32,000 nucleotides of DNA, taken from Pseudodesulfovibrio mercurii (GTDB lineage: Bacteria > Desulfobacterota > Desulfovibrionia > Desulfovibrionales > Desulfovibrionaceae). The notes beneath the pieces were generated by a model. The model was given only the letters and a program-made list of their open reading frames with translations. It was not told where the DNA came from and did not search any database. The translations under genes and the position numbers were made by a program. Of this stretch, positions 9,064-17,430 are shown in pieces; the stretch's first letter is position 1; each line of letters starts with the position of its first letter. Where the stretch lies: positions 2,490,001-2,522,000 of the forward strand of contig NC_016803.1 of NCBI RefSeq assembly GCF_000189295.2. The letters are read 5' to 3'.

Positions 9064-12000
9064 CTACCTGGCCGCCGCCAGGGCCGCCTCCCGTTGCCGC
9101 TGCCGTTCCGCGCGCCTCTCCTCGCGCCTGCGCTCCTTGCGCTCCCTGCGCCGCGTGACCAGGTCCCAGAGCAGGGGCATGACCAGCAGGGTCATGCCCG
9201 TGGCCACGCACAGGCCGGTGACGAAGGTGGTGGCCATGGTCCCCCAGACAACGGAGTAGTAGGGGATGCCCAGGGCCATGGGCAGCAGCCCCAGGGTGGT
9301 GGTCAGGGTGGTCAGGAGGATGGGCCGCAGCCGCACGCGCACGGCCTCGCGGATGGCGTCCATGCGCTCGTAGCCCTTGGCGTAGAGGCGGTTGATGAAG
9401 TCAAGCAGGACCAGGGAGTCGTTGACCACGACCCCGGCCACGCCCACCGTGGCGATGAAGCTGTTCACCGTGAACAGGGAGCGGGTCAGGAAGGTGCCGA
9501 AGACCACGCCGATGAGGGCGAAGGCCACGGCGGACAGGATGATGGCCGGCTGGACGTAGGATTGGAACTGGCAGGCCAGGATGGTGTACATGACCAGGAT
9601 GGCGATGCAGAAGGCGTACATGAGCGAGGTGAAGGACCGGCCCGTGGACTCGTACTCCCCGGCGAAGCTCAGGGTCGCGCCGGGATAGTCGTCCTGGATG
9701 GTCCGGTAGTAGGCCCGCACGTCGTGGACCACGCTCGGGGCGCTGACCGGCGCGCCCTCGCGGATGTTGGCGGTCAGGGTCACGGCCCGCTGGCCCTGGA
9801 AACGGTTGAGCTGGCCGGGCTCGCGGTAGGCGCGGACCTCGGCCAGGTCGCCCACGCGCACCGGGCCGGTGTCGTTCTGCAGGATGGGGATGTCCAGCGC
9901 GTCCTCGGGCCTGGACAGGAAACGCTTGTCGATCTTCATGCGCAGGTCCACGTCCTCGTCCGCGGCGCGGAACTTGCCCACGAACCGGCCGTCCAGGATG
10001 CCGCCCGCCAGGGCGACCACCTGAGCCGGGGTCAGCCCGTACTCGGCCACCAGGCTCGGCACCGGGATGAACCGGAAGACGCGGTTGTCCGTGCCCGTGT
10101 CCGTGGCCAGGTCCTCGAGATGCGGGGCCAGCCGCTTGTTGGCCCGTATCCAGTCGAAGACGTTGTTCTTGAGGGCCATGACCGCGTCCTGGTCCGGGCC
10201 GAGGACGCGGATGTTCACGTCCTTGCCCGCGGGCGGGCCGCCCTGTTCGGGCCAGACGCGCAGCCGCCAGCCGTTCACGGCCAGGGGTTCGAGCCGCTTG
10301 CGGATGGTGTCCAGCAACAGTTGCGGGTCGTTGTCCGGGTTGTCCACGAAGGCCTGCTCGCCCTGGCGGGGCAGCTCCACGATGACGATGGCCCGGTTGG
10401 GGCCGAAGATGTTCTCGTAGTCCTCGTTGATGTCCATGCCGCCCAGGCCGGAGCAGGACTTGGTGGTGCCGGGCCCCAGGGCCATGAGGGTCCTGGAGAC
10501 CTCCTTGGCCTTGGCCGACGCGGTGTACACGTCCGTGCCCACCGGGCCTTCCATGGACACGTAATACAGGGTGTATTCGTCCGGGAAGAACTTGATGCGC
10601 AGCAGGGGCATGACCCCGGAGACCGAGACCCCGAGCATGACGATGGCCATGACGAAGGCCGTGACGACCAGGGTCAGGGTCTTCCAGCGGTGGCGCAGGG
10701 TGATCCGCAGGAGCGCGTCGGTCACCCGCTTCAGCCAGCCCATGAAGCGAGGGTCGCGGGCCTGGAGGTGCTCGGCGGCCTGCTCCTCGAGCCTGGTCGC
10801 GCCGGGCCAGTCCAGGAAGTGCAGGGGCAGGATGGCCAGGCACTCCACCAGGGAGGCGATGATGGCGAAGGACACGGCCTTGGGCACCAGGGCGAAGAAC
10901 TCGCCGGTGGACCCGGTCATGATCAGCATGGGCATGAACGCGGCCACGGTGGTGGAGGTGGCCGCCACCACGGGCAGGAAGACCTCGCTGGCCCCGTCCA
11001 CCACGGCCTCGCGCAGCCCCTTGCCGTCCTGCACGTGGCGGTAGATGTTCTCGACCACCACGATGGCGTCGTCCACGATGATGCCGCTCACCAGGACGAA
11101 GGAGAACAGGGTGATTTCATTGATGGAATTGCCGGTGATCCACATGATTATCATGGTCACCAGGAAGGAGAAGGGCACGCCAACGGTGGTCAGCATGGCG
11201 TTGCGGAAGCCCATGAACAGCCAGATGCAGGCGCAGACCAGGACGATGCCGACCAGCAGGTTGGAGCCGAGCGTGTTGATGTTCTCGCGGATGGGGATGC
11301 GCTGGTCCTGGGTGACCACCGCCTGGACGCCCTCCTTGTCGAGCACGGGCCGGTATTCGGCGACCACCTTTTCCACGGCCGCCCCGATGTCCAGGGAGTT
11401 GCCCTCGGGCGACTTGAGGACCTTGACCGAGACCGCGTCACGGCCGTCCACGGACGAGACCACGAACGGGTCGCGGTAGTCCATGCCCGCCGAGCTGAGC
11501 ACGTCGCCCACGGTCACGAAGGAGCCATCCAGGTCGCGCCGGACGATGGTCCGGGCCACCTCGTCGCGGGACCGGAACTTCTGGTCGGCCACGATGACGT
11601 ATTCCCCGGAATCACTGATGAAATCGCCCGCCGGGACCGACACGTTGGCCCCCTCCAGGGCCTGGCCCACCTGGTCGAAGGTGACCCCCAGGCGCATCAT
11701 CTTCTCCGGGTCCAGGTTGACGTGGAACTCGCGGGTGTACTCGCCGCTGATCTGGACCTCCTTGACCCCGGGGATGGATTGCAGGGGCAGTTTGAGCTCG
11801 TCGGCCATGAGGCTGAGCGCCCGGTTGGAGCGCTCCCCGAGGAGGTTCACGGACAGGACCGGCAACCACTCGGACACGCGGATGACCGTGAAGTCCGGCG
11901 GGTCCATGTCGCTGGGAAGGTCATTCTGAATGGACAACACCTTGAAGCGCAATTCGTCATACAGTTTGTCGTAATCGGTGTCGTCCAGGAACTTGACCAT

Positions 12001-12294
12001 GATGGAGCAGCGCTGGCGGAAGGAGCGGGAGCGGATGAACTCCACGTTCTCCAGGTCCTCGAGCGCGTCCTCGATCTTGCGCGTGACCAGGGTCTCCACC
12101 TCGTCCGGGCTGGCGCCGGGCAGGAAGGCGGAGATGACCACCTTGCCCATGCGCACGTCCGGATAGCGCTCCACCGGCAGGTCGAAGACGCAGAACACGC
12201 CGACCACCATGAGCAGGATGAACATGAGGTTGACGAAGACCTTCTGGCCCAGGGTGAACCGGATCAGGGCCTGGGTGGGCGAATCCTTGTGCAT
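9064..12294 (-). CDS. RND efflux transporter inner-membrane permease (AcrB/HAE-type)
   Basis: 1076 aa. N-terminal TM then a large periplasmic loop. Conserved TM4/TM10-type motifs GIIVDDAIVVVENI and VVVNDSLVLLDFIN. Arg/Glu-rich C-terminal tail. Confidence 0.9.
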   Translation of the reverse strand: MHKDSPTQALIRFTLGQKVFVNLMFILLMVVGVFCVFDLPVERYPDVRMGKVVISAFLPGASPDEVETLVTRKIEDALEDLENVEFIRSRSFRQRCSIMVKFLDDTDYDKLYDELRFKVLSIQNDLPSDMDPPDFTVIRVSEWLPVLSVNLLGERSNRALSLMADELKLPLQSIPGVKEVQISGEYTREFHVNLDPEKMMRLGVTFDQVGQALEGANVSVPAGDFISDSGEYVIVADQKFRSRDEVARTIVRRDLDGSFVTVGDVLSSAGMDYRDPFVVSSVDGRDAVSVKVLKSPEGNSLDIGAAVEKVVAEYRPVLDKEGVQAVVTQDQRIPIRENINTLGSNLLVGIVLVCACIWLFMGFRNAMLTTVGVPFSFLVTMIIMWITGNSINEITLFSFVLVSGIIVDDAIVVVENIYRHVQDGKGLREAVVDGASEVFLPVVAATSTTVAAFMPMLIMTGSTGEFFALVPKAVSFAIIASLVECLAILPLHFLDWPGATRLEEQAAEHLQARDPRFMGWLKRVTDALLRITLRHRWKTLTLVVTAFVMAIVMLGVSVSGVMPLLRIKFFPDEYTLYYVSMEGPVGTDVYTASAKAKEVSRTLMALGPGTTKSCSGLGGMDINEDYENIFGPNRAIVIVELPRQGEQAFVDNPDNDPQLLLDTIRKRLEPLAVNGWRLRVWPEQGGPPAGKDVNIRVLGPDQDAVMALKNNVFDWIRANKRLAPHLEDLATDTGTDNRVFRFIPVPSLVAEYGLTPAQVVALAGGILDGRFVGKFRAADEDVDLRMKIDKRFLSRPEDALDIPILQNDTGPVRVGDLAEVRAYREPGQLNRFQGQRAVTLTANIREGAPVSAPSVVHDVRAYYRTIQDDYPGATLSFAGEYESTGRSFTSLMYAFCIAILVMYTILACQFQSYVQPAIILSAVAFALIGVVFGTFLTRSLFTVNSFIATVGVAGVVVNDSLVLLDFINRLYAKGYERMDAIREAVRVRLRPILLTTLTTTLGLLPMALGIPYYSVVWGTMATTFVTGLCVATGMTLLVMPLLWDLVTRRRERKERRREERRAERQRQREAALAAAR

Positions 12295-12312
12295 GGCTCG
12301 TCTCGCCGGGGG

Positions 12313-13431
12313 TTAGGGGTGGAGCAGGTACACGGCGCCGGGGCGCACGTCCGGGCCGGACACGCGGCGCAGACCGTCGCCAGCCGAGCCGAGCAGGACC
12401 ACGCGGACCCGCTGGTGATCCGGGGTCATCAGGAAATACTCCTCGTAGGCCTTGACCAGGGCGGACTCGGGCACGACCACGGCCCCGCCGGGATCGGGCA
12501 GGGCCAGGTCCAGCTCGGTGCGGATGCCGCCCCGGAACTCGAAGTCCCCCCTGGCGATCTCCAGGTCCACGTTGATCTTGCGCGTGACCGGGTCGAAGCC
12601 GGGCGAGACGCGGGCCACGCGGGCCTCCACCGTGCCGCCCAGGTCGGTCAACCGCAGGGCGACCTCGTCCCCCAGCGCCTTGAGGGCGCGGTACTCCTCG
12701 CTGGTCAGGGCAAAGGGCACGAGCAGGACGTCGTAACGCCCGAGCTGGGCCACGGTCTCGCCCTTGGTCACCCATTCGCCGGGCTCGATGTCGCGGGCCA
12801 CGACCTTCCAGCCCGGAGGGCCGACCAGGGAGAAGCGCTCAAGACGCTCCAGAAGGACCTGTTCCTCCACCTGCTTGGCGCGCAGCTGCTGGAGGGCGGC
12901 CTGGTGGGCGCGGACGTTGGCGTCCAGGGTGGACTGGGGCGCGGTGTCGGTCTTGACCAGGGCCTGGTAGCGGTCCAGCTCCTTCTTGTTGTAGGCCAGG
13001 TCGCTCTTGAGCCGCGCCTGGTCCGCGCGGTTGGCGGCCAGGTCCAGCTCGATGAAGGTGGTGTCCAGCTCGGCGAACAGCCCGTCCGGACCGAGCGCGT
13101 CGCCCACGTCGGCCAGGACCTTGACCACCCGGCCGGACTCCTCGGCCACCAGGCTCATGGCGTTGCGCGCACGGGTGAAGCCGGTCAGGGAGGACTTGCG
13201 GTCCGCGGACCGGACCGTGAAGGTCTCGGTGGAGCCGGTCTCGGCGGGGGCGGGGGTGGGGACCTCGGCCTGGGCCGCCTCGGCCAGGGCGCTGCCCGGC
13301 ACCACCGTCTTGCCGGAATCCGTCTCGCCGAGCCGGTCGTTGCCGCATCCGGCCGTCAGCAGCAGGGCCGACAGCAGGGCCGTCAACAGGACCGGCAACG
13401 AGGCCGGAAGGAAATGGCCTATCCGTTTCAT
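12313..13431 (-). CDS. RND periplasmic adaptor (membrane fusion protein, HlyD/AcrA family) lipoprotein
   Basis: ATG at 13431 (MKRIGHFLPASLPVLL...LLTAGC lipobox). Coiled-coil segment (LKSDLAYNKKELDRYQALV ... LQQLRAKQVEEQVLLERLE). Its stop lies 18 nt upstream of the RND start. The ORF-track start at 13707 is an extension into the TetR gene. Confidence 0.85.
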   Translation of the reverse strand: MKRIGHFLPASLPVLLTALLSALLLTAGCGNDRLGETDSGKTVVPGSALAEAAQAEVPTPAPAETGSTETFTVRSADRKSSLTGFTRARNAMSLVAEESGRVVKVLADVGDALGPDGLFAELDTTFIELDLAANRADQARLKSDLAYNKKELDRYQALVKTDTAPQSTLDANVRAHQAALQQLRAKQVEEQVLLERLERFSLVGPPGWKVVARDIEPGEWVTKGETVAQLGRYDVLLVPFALTSEEYRALKALGDEVALRLTDLGGTVEARVARVSPGFDPVTRKINVDLEIARGDFEFRGGIRTELDLALPDPGGAVVVPESALVKAYEEYFLMTPDHQRVRVVLLGSAGDGLRRVSGPDVRPGAVYLLHP

Positions 13432-13442
13432 GGGTACCGCCT

Positions 13443-14078
13443 TTATGCGTTCTTCGGAAATTCGTTGTCGCCGGGGACCGGCCGCAGGCCGAACTCGATG
13501 ATCCGGCCCACCAGGTCGTCCAGGTCCTCGCCGTCGTTCAGGGCCGCCACCTGCCCGGTGGCGATGAGGTGGACCAGGCCGTGGAGCTGCCCCCACAGGG
13601 CGAAGACCAGGGCGTTGACGTCCAGGCCGCCGAACCGGCCCGTGGCCACGCACTCGGCCACCGTGTCCCGGAAAAGCCGGAACGAGCGGATGGAGCTGGC
13701 GGCCCATTCACCGTCCAGGTCCACCTGGTCGCAGGTGGTGCTGAACATGAGATGGTAGTTGTCCGGCTCCTCCAGGGCGAAGCGGATGTATTCCCGCGCC
13801 CCGGCCCGCAACCGCTCCACCGGGTCCGGGAACCGCTCCCGGCCCCTGTCCTGGCGCTCCACGAACCCGGCGAAGCCCTCCTCGCGCAGGGCGGAGAGGA
13901 TCTCCCGCTTGTTCCGGAAATAGCGGTAGAGCGCGGCCGGACTGTATTCGATGCGCGAGGCGATGCGCCGGAGCGACACGTTGTCGAACCCCTCCCGGAC
14001 GAAGAGCTGGCGCGCCGCGTCCAGGATGCGCCGCCGCATCCGTTCCCTGTCCCGTTCCCGTCGTTTTCTGGTGTCCAT
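13443..14078 (-). CDS. TetR/AcrR-family transcriptional regulator (first gene of the efflux operon)
   Basis: ATG 14078 preceded by GAGG. The ORF-track start at 14093 is a TTG. HTH FDNVSLRRIASRIEYSPAALYRYFRNKREIL. Its stop lies 11 nt before the MFP start. Confidence 0.85.
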   Translation of the reverse strand: MDTRKRRERDRERMRRRILDAARQLFVREGFDNVSLRRIASRIEYSPAALYRYFRNKREILSALREEGFAGFVERQDRGRERFPDPVERLRAGAREYIRFALEEPDNYHLMFSTTCDQVDLDGEWAASSIRSFRLFRDTVAECVATGRFGGLDVNALVFALWGQLHGLVHLIATGQVAALNDGEDLDDLVGRIIEFGLRPVPGDNEFPKNA

Positions 14079-14098
14079 GCCCGCCTCTAGCAAATGCC

Positions 14099-14113
14099 GT
14101 TAACTTTGTAAAC
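14099..14113. promoter_or_regulatory. Imperfect palindrome GTTAACTTTGTAAAC upstream of the TetR-MFP-RND operon; candidate operator
   Basis: Half-sites GTTAAC / GTAAAC (reverse complement GTTTAC) lie 21 nt upstream of the TetR ATG. Assignment is by position only. Confidence 0.3.
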
Positions 14114-14176
14114 GCTGTTCACACAATCGTACGCCCGTCGTGGCCCAGGCGTCGCCCTAACCGGTATGAACCGGTG

Positions 14177-14698
14177 TTATCCGCGCTCCCGGCCCAGGAA
14201 CGAGCGCATGGCCGCGTGGACCACCAGGTGGTGGAAGGGGCGGATGAGGTTGAAATAGACCGCCCCGGCCCGGTTGCGGTAGCGGACCACGGTGACCACG
14301 CGGAACCGGCTCCGCCCGTCCGGCCCCTCCGAAAGCGATTCGCCGCAGACCGCCACGGCCGCGTCCAGGTGGGACTCCTTGCCCTCGCCGATCCAGTAGG
14401 TCTCGCCGTCCGTCCGGACCACGGTGAAGATCCCGGCCCGATCGCCCGGGGCGCGGGGCAGGGTCTCGGCGGTCAGGACCGCCCGGTCCGGCACCGCGCG
14501 TTCACCCTGGCCCAGGGTCCGGAGCAGGGCTACGCGCACGCGCCACAGCCAGGCCATCCACGCCGGGCGGTAGGAGAGCAGACCGGCGGCCAGACCGAGG
14601 ACCGTGCCCCGGCCGTCCATGGTGTGCACGTCCACGTGGTCCGCGCCGTCCAGGAGCCCGGCCATGCCCGACAGCCGCTCCAGATCACGCCGGTCCAT
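14177..14698 (-). CDS. DUF2867-like protein
   Basis: ATG 14698. C-terminal ...HLDAAVAV ... RNRAGAVYFNLIRPFHHLVVHAAMRSF resembles the conserved Y(L/F)xxIxPFHxLIV end of DUF2867. Overlaps the upstream TetR gene by 14 nt. Confidence 0.55.
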   Translation of the reverse strand: MDRRDLERLSGMAGLLDGADHVDVHTMDGRGTVLGLAAGLLSYRPAWMAWLWRVRVALLRTLGQGERAVPDRAVLTAETLPRAPGDRAGIFTVVRTDGETYWIGEGKESHLDAAVAVCGESLSEGPDGRSRFRVVTVVRYRNRAGAVYFNLIRPFHHLVVHAAMRSFLGRERG

Positions 14699-15326
14699 GT
14701 CCGCCTCCCGTCACGTCGGCCAGCACCCCGGCCAGGACCACGTCCAGCAGGCCCATGACCGAGGCCACCTGGCCCTCCACGTCGAACCGTTCCCGGTTGA
14801 GCCCGTCGATGAGCCCGCCGGCGTACAGGGACCAGCACACCATGGCCAGTTGAAGACCCGACACGTCCGACCGGACCTCGCCGGTCGCCTTGCGCGCCTC
14901 GATCAGACCGGCCACCTCGCCGACGATCTCCCGCAACTGCCCGTCGAAACGGGCCTTCCACTCGCCGGTGGCGAACAGGGCCTCCTTGACCACCGAACGC
15001 AGGAACAGGGTGTGCTCGCCGTAGTAGCCGTACATTGTGCGGAGCATGTGCCGGAATTGTTCGCGCAGGGGCACGTCCCGCGGCGCGCTCGCGATGGCCC
15101 GGCGCGAGACCTCGCCGATGTCGTCGAAAAACGAGGAGAAGAGCAGGGAGGTCTTGTCCCGGAAATGCAGGGCGATGGTGCCCACGCCCACCCCGGCCGC
15201 CTGGGCCAAATCGCGCATGGTCGTGGCCTCGAACCCCTTTTCCGCGATCAGGGTCCGGGCCGCCGCCTGAATCCGACGGCGGGTCTCGGCCTTGCGCTCC
15301 TCGCGCAGGGATGCGTCCTTGGCCAT
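14685..15326 (-). CDS. TetR/AcrR-family transcriptional regulator
   Basis: AGGAGG RBS. HTH FEATTMRDLAQAAGVGVGTIALHFRDKTSLL. Confidence 0.85.
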   Translation of the reverse strand: MAKDASLREERKAETRRRIQAAARTLIAEKGFEATTMRDLAQAAGVGVGTIALHFRDKTSLLFSSFFDDIGEVSRRAIASAPRDVPLREQFRHMLRTMYGYYGEHTLFLRSVVKEALFATGEWKARFDGQLREIVGEVAGLIEARKATGEVRSDVSGLQLAMVCWSLYAGGLIDGLNRERFDVEGQVASVMGLLDVVLAGVLADVTGGGHGPA

Positions 15327-15343
15327 GGCTCCTCCTTGATTTA

Positions 15344-15376
15344 ACTGAACACGTTCATTTACTGAACATGTTCATT
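15344..15376. promoter_or_regulatory. Two tandem palindromic operator-like sites (ACTGAACACGTTCATT and ACTGAACATGTTCATT, 17-bp period)
   Basis: TGAACACGTTCA at 15346-15357 (5-bp arms, 2-nt centre) and the perfect 12-bp palindrome TGAACATGTTCA at 15363-15374. They start 18 nt upstream of the TetR ATG at 15326. Confidence 0.6.
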
Positions 15377-15527
15377 AAACTCCTTTGGCCGAACCGTCAA
15401 GGGGGCGGGACGGCCAAGGGCGGCGCGTCTCGATAATCGTGCGGGGGATGGGGCGAATGGCCCGCTCCGGGGCGACGCACAGTCGGCTATTTATTTGATA
15501 ACCGACCGTATTAATGAATAAAATGAA

Positions 15528-16748
15528 TCAGGACCTGAGGACGTCCAGAATCTCGATATTGGCGGCCTGCCAGGCGGGGTAGGCCCCGGCGAGCACGCCC
15601 AGAAGGCAGGACCCGGCCAGGGTCACGGCCAGGCTGACCGGGTCGATGATGATCGGCAGCTTGGCCACGGTGCAGCCCACCAGGACCAGGGCCACGGTCA
15701 CGGCCACGCCCAGGCCGCCGCCCACCGCGGCCATGAGCCCGGACTCGAACAGGAACTGGCGGACGATGTCCCGCCTGCGGCCGCCCACGGCCCGGCGCAC
15801 GCCGATCTCCACCCGCCTGGAGCGAACCACCAGGATCATGATGGACAGGATGCCCAGGCCGCCCACGGCAAAGGAGATGGTCGAGGTGATCCCGCCCAGC
15901 GTGGTCATCAGGTCCAGGGCCTGGCGTTGCAGCTTGATGGCGTCGGCCGCGGACATGGAGCTGAAGTCGTCCTTTTCGCCGGGGTCGATGCGGTGCCGTT
16001 CGCGCATGATCGCGTTCACCGAGTCGTTGACCTGGGTCAGGCCCGCGTCCTTGGCCAGACGCATGTATACACCGGAAACCCAGCGCTGGTTGCTGGCCCG
16101 GCGCATGTAGGTGGTCAGCGGCATGAGCAGGATCTCGTCCTGGTCCGTGCCGGACACGTCGCGGCCCTTCTCCTCCATGACCCCGAGGACCCGGAAGCTG
16201 GCCCGGAACATGTAGATGTCACGGCCCACGGCCTGCTCGGGGCGGCCGAACAGCCGCTGGGCGATCTTGCGCCCGAGCACGCAGACCTTGGCCCGGTCGT
16301 CCACGTCGCTCCAGGTGAAGAACCGGCCCACGTCCGGGCGGAAGCTGCGGATTTCCTGGTAGTTGGGCCAGCAGGCCAGAATCTGGGCGTTGACCGCGTT
16401 GCCGTTGCCGCGCACGGCCATGGTCGCGGTGACGAAGGGCGTGCCGTCCAGGACCGAGGGCACGGAGTCGATCAGGGCCTGGGCGTCGGCCAGGACGAAG
16501 TTGCGCGAGTTGCCGTTGATGCGCACGCCCCCGCCCCGGGTGAAGCGGACCGATCCGGCCAGGACCGCATACAGGTTCGGGCCGAGCTTTTCGGTCTCCA
16601 TCTCGGCCTGTCGGACCATGATCTTGGACACGTGCTGCACCCCGGTGAAGGCCAGGGCGCCCAGGAAAACCCCGAGCATGGCCAGCACGGCGCGGAGCTT
16701 GTGGGCCGACAGGGAGGACACGGCGATGGTCAGGTTCAGGGGCAGCAT
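15528..16748 (-). CDS. FtsX/MacB-type ABC transporter permease (no adjacent ATPase)
   Basis: GGAGG RBS 5 nt upstream of ATG 16748. One N-terminal TM, a ~240-aa periplasmic domain and three C-terminal TMs. Conserved RRVEIGVRRAVGGRRRDIVRQFLFES helix typical of MacB/LolCE-type permeases. Confidence 0.8.
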   Translation of the reverse strand: MLPLNLTIAVSSLSAHKLRAVLAMLGVFLGALAFTGVQHVSKIMVRQAEMETEKLGPNLYAVLAGSVRFTRGGGVRINGNSRNFVLADAQALIDSVPSVLDGTPFVTATMAVRGNGNAVNAQILACWPNYQEIRSFRPDVGRFFTWSDVDDRAKVCVLGRKIAQRLFGRPEQAVGRDIYMFRASFRVLGVMEEKGRDVSGTDQDEILLMPLTTYMRRASNQRWVSGVYMRLAKDAGLTQVNDSVNAIMRERHRIDPGEKDDFSSMSAADAIKLQRQALDLMTTLGGITSTISFAVGGLGILSIMILVVRSRRVEIGVRRAVGGRRRDIVRQFLFESGLMAAVGGGLGVAVTVALVLVGCTVAKLPIIIDPVSLAVTLAGSCLLGVLAGAYPAWQAANIEILDVLRS

Positions 16749-16758
16749 GGGACCTCCG

Positions 16759-17430
16759 CTACTCGTACCGGGCCCGGTTCCAGGCCGTGTTGCCGTTGAA
16801 GACGTGCTGCCACAGCCGCTCGAAGGCGTGGCCGGTATTGCCCGCGTCCAGCGGGTCGTCCTCGATCAGGCGCAGGCAGAATTCGTAGAAGGATTTCGGC
16901 CGGGTGCGGATGCGCTCGCCGGTCACGCAGAAGTTGCCCGTGGGCGCGCGGCAGATGATCTCGTCCGGCATGGCGACGCCGAAGAGGCGTTCGAACAGCT
17001 CGCCCACCGGGATGTCCCGGCCCCAACCGGCCCAGCGGCCCTCGTTCTCGGGCTTGCGCAGGTCGTGCGGACGGCCCAGGCGGTCGCTCTTCAGCTTGAA
17101 CCAGGCCAGCCCCCGGAAGGGCACGCCCCTATCCGCAACGTCCTCCAAGGTCTTCCGCAAGGTCTCCACCGTGGTCCGGCCGCGATCATCCAGGTGATCG
17201 AAGGGGTCGCCCTGGAGAAAGACGTTCAGGGGGGCCAGGGCGTCGTACTCGTTGACGATGTGCGTGAAATAGGTGTGGGCCTCGCGCCCGATGTTCGGCA
17301 GTTTGCGGGCATCCGGGCCGAGATCGCCGCCCTTGTCGTAGACCGTGTGGGGGCACCCCAGCCGGCTTGCCCAGGACACGTCCTCGCGGTACCTGGCGAT
17401 GATCACCCGGATGTCGTCACGCACGTTCAC
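16759..17430 (-). CDS. DUF3431-like protein (function unknown)
   Basis: GTG 17430 overlaps the larC stop (GTGA). IIARYREDVSW ... LPNIGREAHTYFTHIVNEYDAL ... FLQGDPFDH resembles the NKGREA..YLT.I...YD core of DUF3431. The ORF-track 471-aa version is an out-of-frame shadow over larC. Confidence 0.55.
   Translation of the reverse strand: MNVRDDIRVIIARYREDVSWASRLGCPHTVYDKGGDLGPDARKLPNIGREAHTYFTHIVNEYDALAPLNVFLQGDPFDHLDDRGRTTVETLRKTLEDVADRGVPFRGLAWFKLKSDRLGRPHDLRKPENEGRWAGWGRDIPVGELFERLFGVAMPDEIICRAPTGNFCVTGERIRTRPKSFYEFCLRLIEDDPLDAGNTGHAFERLWQHVFNGNTAWNRARYE

Noticed and set aside
9094-13758. A 1554-aa plus-strand ORF spanning the RND/MFP/TetR genes. Similar long antisense ORFs: 131..1012 -, 1314..2675 -, 3817..4842 -, 4782..6410 -, 19866..22013 +, 27449..29329 +, 30498..31700 +.
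   Set aside because: All translate to G/H/D/R/A/P/V-rich low-complexity sequence. All lie exactly opposite genes with clear family motifs and G/C3 bias. They are typical stop-codon-poor shadow frames of a GC-rich genome.
15344-15376. Tandem repeats here and at 2913-2936 and 28119-28170 as possible CRISPR or VNTR arrays.
   Set aside because: There are only 2-3 units, each palindromic or 8 bp long, with no spacers of CRISPR size and no cas genes. They are better explained as protein-binding sites.
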